Assembly (NCBI GenBank): GCA_036508535.1 | Contig: DATCHE010000132.1 | Location: 1-62,354, forward strand | Origin: Bacteroidales bacterium | Lineage (GTDB): Bacteria; Bacteroidota; Bacteroidia; Bacteroidales; VadinHA17 | Reading direction: 5' to 3' | DNA length: 62,354 nt | In this document: one piece after another, positions 59,101 through 62,354 of the stretch | How positions within the stretch are numbered: position 1 is the first letter of the stretch | Layout: each line of letters opens with the position of its first letter | Made by a program: the position numbers and the translations under genes | The notes under the pieces: model-generated | What the model saw: the letters and a program-made list of their open reading frames with translations, nothing else | Databases searched by the model: none | Told to the model about the DNA's origin: nothing

Positions 59101-61147
59101 CAGTTGTTCCAAAGTATTGACAGTGAATGCGCCAAATTGTTCCTGTCAAATTGTACAGACACCTGTAAGCGGAGGAGATAAATCATATTGCCAGTCCGGT
59201 TCTGTTTCTACAATAAGTGCAACAGTATCAGCTGGAGAGACGGTGGATTGGTATAGTGCTGCAACAGGAGGGACCTCTTTACAAATTGGCAGTCTTACCT
59301 ATACACCTCCTTCAGCAGGTACCTATTATGCACAAGCCAGGAATACTACAACAAGTTGTATAAGTCTTAACCGCACAGGGATTACGATTACTATGAATCC
59401 ATTACCGACAGCAAATGCCGGATCTGCTCTCAGTGCAATATGCCAGGGAGGTACTTCGCAAGCATTGGGTGGAAGCGTTAGTGGTTCAGCTACCGGAGGG
59501 ATCTGGTCGACTCCGGCAGGTGGTACTTTTAATCCGGGTGCAAATACATTGAACGCTACCTGGACTCCATCATCAGGTTATACTGGTACAGCCACTTTAA
59601 TATTAACAACAACCGGAGGAACATGTGGAACAGTCACCACAAGCAAGACACAGATAGTAACTCAGTTACTTGTGCCCAATGCCGGAATAGGAGGTAGCGA
59701 GTGTGATCTTGATTTCACATTTAGTGCAGTTCCCAGTATAGGTACGGGAACCTGGACAATGGTTTCAGGACCCGGTACTGCAAGTTTTGCTCCTGATGCA
59801 AATCCACCAACAGCAACTGTTACGGTCACTGCATATGGGAATTATACCTTTGCATGGACTGAAGTCAGTAACAACTGTTCAGCAAGTTCGAATGTTACTG
59901 TCAGTTTCAGTCAGCAGCCGGTAGCCAATGCTGGAACAGGAGGAAATAATTGCGGTCTTGCATTTACTTTTAATGCCTTACCAAGTGTTGGAACAGGTAC
60001 CTGGACAAAAACTTCAGGATCGGGAACAGCCACATTTTCACCAGATGCAAATTCTCCGACAGCCAGAGTAACTGTTTCATCATACGGTACTTATACATTC
60101 ACCTGGACAGAAGTCAACAATACCTGTTCAAACAGTTCTTCGGTGAATGTTACATTCCTTCAGCTTCCGGTGGCAAATGCAGGTAATGATGGTTCTGAAT
60201 GTGACAAGGACTTTATCTTAAATGCCGGATCAGGGACAGGACTGTGGACAAAGCTCAGCGGACCCGGAAATGCGATCTTCAGTCCTGATGCCAGTTCGCC
60301 GGGTGCAAAAGTGATAGTCGATCAGTCAGGTACCTACGACTTTACCTGGACAGAGACGAATGGAACCTGCCAGTCATCTGATGTTGTGCGTGTTGTATTC
60401 CGTAGTCTGCCAGCTGTATCGGCAGGAAGGGATACTACTATATGTATAAGCAATAATATTCAATTACAGGGAGTTGGTACAGGTTCATTCTCCTGGGTGC
60501 CGGCTATAATGATGATTAATCCTAATATAAAGAATCCTGTTGCAGCACCTCTCTCAACCACCAGTTTTATTGCGACACTTACAGACCAGTACGGTTGTAT
60601 GAACAGCGATACTGTTTTGGTTAGAGTTTTGGATTTACCCATAGCTTATGCTGGACCTGATCAGGTGCTCGAATATCTTTTTGGAGCTTCACTTGATGCA
60701 ACAGCGCCAAGAATTAATGAAACAGGCAGATGGTCTCTGACTAGTGGTTCAGGAGTGTTTAGTGATTCTACAAGAGCACTAACTGATATAACGGATTTAT
60801 CTATAGGGGAGAACATAATTCTATGGAGAGTTAGAAATGGAGTTTGTCCTCCTTCAGATGATTATCTTTCGATTACCGTTAATAATCTTGTAATACCCAC
60901 ACTTATTACACCAAATATGGATGGGAAAAACGATTACTTCGTTCTCAGAGGAATTGAAACACTAGGGAAAACGGAGCTTGTGATTTTTGACAGGAGGGGA
61001 GCTCAGGTCTATAAAAACAGTAATTATGATAATTCATGGAACGGGGTTGATTATAACGGAAGACCCTTACTTGATGATACCTATTACTTTGTCATAAAGT
61101 CAGAAAAAGGCAAATCGTTCTCAGGGTATATTGTTGTAAGACGATAA
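53114..61147 (+). CDS. Giant repetitive cell-surface adhesin, T9SS type-B cargo (SprB-class)
   Basis: 2677-aa ORF with a signal peptide, long arrays of Ig/PKD-like repeats and a C-terminal gliding-motility-type sorting domain. It is followed by a PorP/SprF gene. Confidence 0.85.
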   Translation: MKKLITCLFEKAKQIIALLLFLISIASYSQTCEVTLRNDSLIDANNLIVDIYVKSTSGIFYYSGGQFKILYNKASIANGGTISGTIVPGFSDLTNATQYPTTVITTATTSFRVVLEAFPTSQTACSQLSTTGFGTRIGRVKLTNTVAFGEFTADMQMTIIAPNATAIWYAAADASTNLSGLTLVNTNLVNPFLNQAITSFNVTGNGSSPSVVGLDGSQTGGVNYLLYKGVTSQGSSINGTGSALSFGSQTEGTYTVKAHRKATYMYSDMTGSAVVTSAAPTAYSVTGGGAYCQGTGGLPVGLINSELGVTYTLYKNAIAQVPTVAGTGASISFGNQLFGTYTVSGTNGGGTTAMTGSTVLTENPAPSAPTGTAVQSFCSATSPTVANLTASGTAIQWYAASSGGTALATSTPLVNGTHYFATQTVSTCESTSRFDVTATVNTTPAAPTGTAAQLFCSATSPTVVNLTASGTAIQWYAASSGGTALATSAALATSHYFASQTVNGCESTARFDVTVTVNTTPSAPTGTAAQSFCSATSPTVASLSASGTAIKWYAASSGGTALATSTPLVNGTHYFATQTVSTCESTSRFDVTITVNTTPAAPTGTAAQTFCSGTSPTVASLTATGTAVQWYAASSGGTALATSGALATGHYFASQTVNGCESTARFDVTVTVNTTPSAPTGTAAQSFCSATSPTVASLTATGTAVQWYAASSGGTALATSAALATGHYFASQTVNGCESTARFDVTVTVNTTPAAPTGTAAQSFCSATSPTVASLSASGTAIKWYAASSGGTTLATSTLLVSGTHYFASQTLSTCESTSRLDVTVTINSIPNTPGTISGTATQCPSLAGQVYSISSVANATTYAWTVPTGWSITAGQGTISVSVTTGLTGDNGDISVTAGNSCGTSSASSLAVTVNPAAPASPGLINGTVIQCPSLTGQVYSIGAVPNASTYTWITPTGWLITAGQGSASITVTTGTAGQNGNISVTAANSCGTSVPSLLGVSVVSTSVAPTGVSISNNNTCTGTTKTLTVTGGSLGSGASWQWFTGSCGGSLAGTGPSLTVDLPAGTSTIYYVLATGTCNTTACATGTVVVTPTVGNPSVPVPSATTICQGGSSTTYTTSASNATSYNWTVTGTGNTISGTGTTGTVAWAPGFYGVATIAVTANGCGGISTSSSTTATVRPTPTASVVGTTAVCQNSAAPDITFINPQTLPITVTYNINGGTNSIINVGANISATVSVPTNIAGIFVYNLVSVAYQAVPGCSNNLSGSATVTVNAIPVPTLSSSDADNIICAGTNVTFTAGGGTNYNFRIGGTTIQNGPSSTYSTSTLTNGQVVNVVVTNASGCSANSSGITNFVNSLPFIFVSGSPTCSGDKLTYSLAVTVGSGTVTSTAGIVTNLGSNVWSVTGVNSGINIIVKVTDIAGCESVVAVTAPNCSCPVILPPVGGGDKSYCASEAIPTISASVPVLQTVDWYSSASGGTPLLSSSLTYTPPAPGTYYALAHEISSPCVSSTRTAIIVTMNPLPLPTISSSDANNIFCAGTSVTFTAAGGTGYNFRVNGSSKQNGSSTTYTTSALTTGQIVDVIVTNANGCVATSSGITNTVNPLPTATLSSSDADNKFCEGTSITFTAGGGTNYNFRVDGVSVQNSVSNIYTTTGLTNTQVVDVIVTNNNGCSATSTAITNTVYALPTPGLISSDPDNIFCAGTSVTFTASGGTGYNFRVNGSSKQNGVSPNYTISSLSDGQVVDVIVTNANGCTAISASMTNTVNALPIAVLISSDSDNKFCAGTSITFTAGGGTNYNFRVDGLSKQNSSTSSYTTSSLTTGQIVDVIVTNANGCSTTSAGITNTVDALPVPTLSSSDADNIFCAGTSIIFTAGGGSNYNFRIGNSSVQSSTSTTYTINSLTNGQVVDVIVTNSNGCTATSALITNFVNPLPLIFISTPQFCSPDLTTYSLAVTVGSGIVTSSLGIVSNTGGNVWSITGVPSGNNINVTVTDGNSCSKVLTVNAPNCSCQIVQTPVSGGDKSYCQSGSVSTISATVSAGETVDWYSAATGGTSLQIGSLTYTPPSAGTYYAQARNTTTSCISLNRTGITITMNPLPTANAGSALSAICQGGTSQALGGSVSGSATGGIWSTPAGGTFNPGANTLNATWTPSSGYTGTATLILTTTGGTCGTVTTSKTQIVTQLLVPNAGIGGSECDLDFTFSAVPSIGTGTWTMVSGPGTASFAPDANPPTATVTVTAYGNYTFAWTEVSNNCSASSNVTVSFSQQPVANAGTGGNNCGLAFTFNALPSVGTGTWTKTSGSGTATFSPDANSPTARVTVSSYGTYTFTWTEVNNTCSNSSSVNVTFLQLPVANAGNDGSECDKDFILNAGSGTGLWTKLSGPGNAIFSPDASSPGAKVIVDQSGTYDFTWTETNGTCQSSDVVRVVFRSLPAVSAGRDTTICISNNIQLQGVGTGSFSWVPAIMMINPNIKNPVAAPLSTTSFIATLTDQYGCMNSDTVLVRVLDLPIAYAGPDQVLEYLFGASLDATAPRINETGRWSLTSGSGVFSDSTRALTDITDLSIGENIILWRVRNGVCPPSDDYLSITVNNLVIPTLITPNMDGKNDYFVLRGIETLGKTELVIFDRRGAQVYKNSNYDNSWNGVDYNGRPLLDDTYYFVIKSEKGKSFSGYIVVRR
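53204..53683 (+). other. Cohesin-like beta-sandwich module at the adhesin N-terminus (tentative)
   Basis: Residues ~31-190: EVTLRND..LIVDIYVKS..GGQFKILYNKASI..SFRVVLEAF..GTRIGRVKLTN. The pattern resembles cohesin strand spacing. This is by-eye only. Confidence 0.35.
54209..55603 (+). repeat. Six tandem 231/234-bp coding repeats (77/78-aa Ig-like CHU_C-associated-type modules), order A-B-A-B-B-A
   Basis: Unit boundaries at 54209, 54443, 54674, 54908, 55139 and 55370. Motif FCS.TSPTVA.L.A.GTA..WYAASSGGTALATS...HYFA.QTV..CEST.RFDVTVTVNTTP. Long stretches are nearly identical at DNA level. Confidence 0.9.
55604..56131 (+). repeat. Two tandem PKD-like modules
   Basis: G.I.GT..QCPSL.GQVYSI..V.NA.TY.W..PTGW.ITAGQG..S..VTTG..G.NG.ISVTA.NSCGTS appears twice. 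Confidence 0.8.
56942..59401 (+). repeat. Six 246-bp (82-aa) modules plus a duplicated 738-bp supermodule
   Basis: 82-aa units at 56942, 57680, 57926, 58172, 58418 and 58664 (LP.PTLSSSDADN.FCAGTS.TFTAGGGTNYNFR...VVDVIVTN.NGC). The units at 56942 and 58664 are each followed by a homologous 164-aa segment (57188-57679 and 58910-59401). Confidence 0.9.
59666..60406 (+). repeat. Three tandem ~82-aa modules
   Basis: PVANAG.GG..C...F.F.A.PS.GTGTWT..SG.GTA.F.PDAN.PTA.VTV..YG.YTF.WTEV.N.CS pattern three times. Confidence 0.8.
60887..61144 (+). other. T9SS type-B (gliding motility-associated) C-terminal sorting domain
   Basis: LVIPTLITPNMDGKNDYFVLRGIE...LVIFDRRGAQVY...WNGVDYNGRPLLDDTYYFVIKS...SGYIVVRR matches the CHU_C/type-B CTD consensus. 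Confidence 0.85.
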
Positions 61148-61187
61148 GTTTCAGGTTCAAGGTTTCAGGTTCAAGGTTTCAGGTTCA
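61148..61187. repeat. Heptamer array alternating GTTTCAG/GTTCAAG (14-nt super-unit x3), starting right after the adhesin stop codon
   Basis: gtttcaggttcaag gtttcaggttcaag gtttcaggttca. It contains CAAGGTT, the complement of the downstream AACCTTG array. Confidence 0.9.
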
Positions 61188-61393
61188 TGGAAATAAAGAG
61201 TTTGTTCAGTTTTTAAGTGTATCAAAAGGATCGTGCGGGGAAACTCGTTCTCAGTCATATAGATCCTTTGATTATAATTACATTACAGAGGATACCCTTG
61301 TCGAACTAATTTCCATAACTACTCAATTAAGTAAAAAAATTTCCTCTTTAATTAAATTTTTAAAGAATAGTGACTTCAGAGGCTCAAAATTTA

Positions 61394-61449
61394 AACCTTG
61401 AACCTTGAACCTTGAACTTTGAACCTTGAACCTTGAACCTTGAACCTTG
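61394..61449. repeat. Heptamer array AACCTTG x8 (one AACTTTG variant), 24 nt upstream of the PorP/SprF ATG
   Basis: Direct read. It is inverted relative to the 61148-61187 array. Confidence 0.9.
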
Positions 61450-61473
61450 AATTCTACAAAAAAACTTAACATA

Positions 61474-62354
61474 ATGAAACACTTACCTTACTTTTTCCTC
61501 CTTATTATATTACCTGCTAGTCTATATGGCCAGTTAAGCCCTGTATCAAGCCAATACGTTCTTAATCCGCTTACAATTAATCCGGCGCTTGCCGGCAGCA
61601 GGGGAGCGTTGAATGTAGCTGCTTTTTACAGGAAACAGTGGGTAGGAATATCCGGTTCACCGGAAACAATGACCCTCTCTGCTGATGCTCCGTTACTTGA
61701 TAATAAGCTTGGACTAGGACTGAATATTACAAACGATAAGCTAGGGGTAACAAAACAGACTCAGTTTCAGACTACCTATGCTTATAAAATTGACCTTGGT
61801 ACTGGAAACCTTTCCTTTGGTCTGGGGGCTGGTTTAATTACTACAAATACGGCCTGGTCAGATCTTGTAGTTTTAGATCCCGGTGATGAGTATTATCTTA
61901 TCAATTCAAAGGTATTTGTTGTTCCTGATTTTAGTTTTGGTGTCTATTATACCTATCAAAATTATTTTGCCGGATTGTCGATCCCTAAACTGCTTAATTA
62001 TCAATTTGATTTTACTAAAAACAAGTATTCTTTGAAGTTTGATATGGGTCATTCGTACTATCTGTTTAATACAGGCTATTTGTTTACGCTTTCGTCAAAA
62101 ATCAAACTCTTCCCGTCAACTCTGGTATATTATTCACCAGGAGAGAAATTGCTTTTTGATTTAAACACATATGTAAGTTATATTGACAGATTATGGGCAG
62201 GATTATCTTACAGAAATGGCAGGTCACTTGCAGCTTTGTTCCAGTTTGCCATTAATAACCAGTTCAGAATTGCTTACACATATGATTTTGATTTTGGCAA
62301 ACTTGGGAGGTACAGTAACGGTTCGCATGAAATAATGCTGAGGTATGAGTTTAA
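61474..62354 (+). CDS. T9SS membrane protein PorP/SprF family (3' end truncated by the window)
   Basis: Not in the ORF track because no stop is reached. My own translation from the ATG at 61474 gives MKHLPYFFLLIILPASLYGQLSPVSSQYVLNPLTINPALAGSRGALNVAAFYRKQWVGISGSPETMTLSADAPL...GSHEIMLRYEF, the PorP/SprF signature. Confidence 0.85.
   Translation, partial: MKHLPYFFLLIILPASLYGQLSPVSSQYVLNPLTINPALAGSRGALNVAAFYRKQWVGISGSPETMTLSADAPLLDNKLGLGLNITNDKLGVTKQTQFQTTYAYKIDLGTGNLSFGLGAGLITTNTAWSDLVVLDPGDEYYLINSKVFVVPDFSFGVYYTYQNYFAGLSIPKLLNYQFDFTKNKYSLKFDMGHSYYLFNTGYLFTLSSKIKLFPSTLVYYSPGEKLLFDLNTYVSYIDRLWAGLSYRNGRSLAALFQFAINNQFRIAYTYDFDFGKLGRYSNGSHEIMLRYEF

Overview
Visibly AT-rich Bacteroidota (Bacteroidia-type) chromosomal segment. 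It is densely packed with about 44 protein genes. I found no rRNA or tRNA genes, no CRISPR array, and no integrase, transposase or prophage genes. Roughly 49 kb is ordinary core genome: polyamine synthesis (carboxynorspermidine dehydrogenase + nspC), mnmA, an AddA-like/AddB-like helicase-nuclease pair split by a TIGR01212-type radical SAM gene, ribH, recF + DUF721, ndk, a DHH phosphoesterase, two FKBP lipoproteins, dnaA, MlaD, an amidase, an LptD-like gene, ridA, rpsF-rpsR-rplI, dnaX, a PAS histidine kinase + receiver, secA, dapA, ligA and a Memo-AMMECR1 fusion. The clearly accessory part is the last ~12.5 kb. It holds an orphan SiaC/DUF1987 gene, a 905-aa secreted dockerin-bearing protein, a 2677-aa highly repetitive adhesin with a T9SS type-B C-terminal domain, and a PorP/SprF gene cut by the window end. 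The observations I rate highest are: (1) the dockerin protein sits directly upstream of the adhesin, whose N-terminal module reads like a cohesin, so this may be a T9SS-anchored cohesin-dockerin surface assembly. (2) dnaX has an A10 run containing the A-AAA-AAG slip heptamer exactly at the clamp-loader core/linker boundary, with immediate stops in both alternative frames. (3) Many intergenic gaps carry tandem repeats with a period of exactly 7 nt, in several word families, two of which resemble cyanobacterial STRR heptamers. (4) A GAGACGC...GCGTCTC palindrome family occurs six times, sometimes as canonical terminators and sometimes not. (5) A K+ channel carries a 17-18 copy, 12-residue solenoid repeat. 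No complete defence-type or mobile system is evident. All homology calls come from motif recognition by eye and need database confirmation.
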